From positions 56,792,001-56,856,000 of the forward strand of contig JBITNC010000001.1 in assembly GCA_050084985.1 (NCBI GenBank): 64,000 nucleotides of DNA. Direction: 5' to 3'. The position numbers and the translations under genes were made by a program. Shown here one piece after another: positions 63,601 through 64,000 of this stretch. Each line of letters opens with the position of its first letter. The stretch's first letter is position 1. The notes below the pieces were generated by a model, which was not told the origin of the DNA, made no database searches, and saw only the letters and a list, made by a program, of their open reading frames with translations. This stretch comes from Nageia nagi (taxonomy: Eukaryota > Plantae > Pinophyta).

Positions 63601-64000
63601 AAATGGGTTGAAAAGGGAAAAGAGAGATGAAAGCAAAAAGTCATTAATTTTTTAGATAGCTTTAAATGTTGAAAATCAAGTAAAACTATGGATTCTAGAC
63701 AACAAGTGCTCTAAACACATGATTGGTGATAAAAAGAGTTTTGAAAAGCTAGAAGAATATGAAGGAGGCTTTGTTAACTTTGGTAATAAGGATGGAGCCA
63801 AAATTATGGAAAAAGGAATAGTAAAGTTAGGAGAAAGCAAAGGAGTTAAATCTGAAGATGTGTTATTTTTAGTAGGCCTGAGGCATAATTTCCTAAGTAT
63901 CAGTCAGATTTATGATAAAGGAAATGATGTTACATTTAAGAAAAATAGTTGTGAGATAAGAAGAGCTAAGAGTGGAACATTAGTAGAAATGGGTGTAAGC
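60640..64000 (+). mobile_element. Degenerate Ty1/copia (SIRE/Maximus-like): 5' LTR, PBS, gag, protease; runs off the window (LTR start approximate)
   Basis: C-rich LTR end attagcccccctct (~61570); PBS tggtatcagagc at 61607-61618; gag MVSIEGFSSNKASLFYGTNYAYW from 61668, SAKQIWDKLKSIHEGD; two zinc-knuckle remnants (~62410, ~63355) with a coiled-coil-like spacer; protease WILDNKCSKHMIG at ~63690. Confidence 0.85.

Overview
This is AT-rich plant nuclear DNA, probably a gymnosperm; that is an inference from the old nested LTR retrotransposons and the style of the PPR remnants. There is one host gene: a 4-exon NPF8/PTR-type nitrate/peptide transporter on the minus strand (42839-44890) with a 1-bp frameshift in its last exon. 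Most of the rest is layered retrotransposon DNA. (1) A young Ty1/copia (28492-33266, 479-bp LTRs, TSD CGAAG) is nested in an old pol-less Ty3/gypsy-type element (27088-39037, TSD CAACT) that carries an antisense Plant Mobile Domain remnant. (2) A TSD-flanked, PBS-less tandem array of the same copia family (8422-10991) consists of three 697-bp units of 5'-LTR part plus RNase H tail plus PPT, closed by one full LTR. It is inserted in an older tandem gag-only copia with a shared central LTR. (3) There are also a degenerate chromovirus, a second gag/protease-only copia with a collapsed gypsy in its LTR, and the start of a SIRE-like copia at the right edge. PLS-PPR/DYW gene fragments are scattered through the window, and one DYW fragment is bracketed by a 39-bp direct repeat. 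No rRNA, tRNA or CRISPR was found. All alignments were done by eye.
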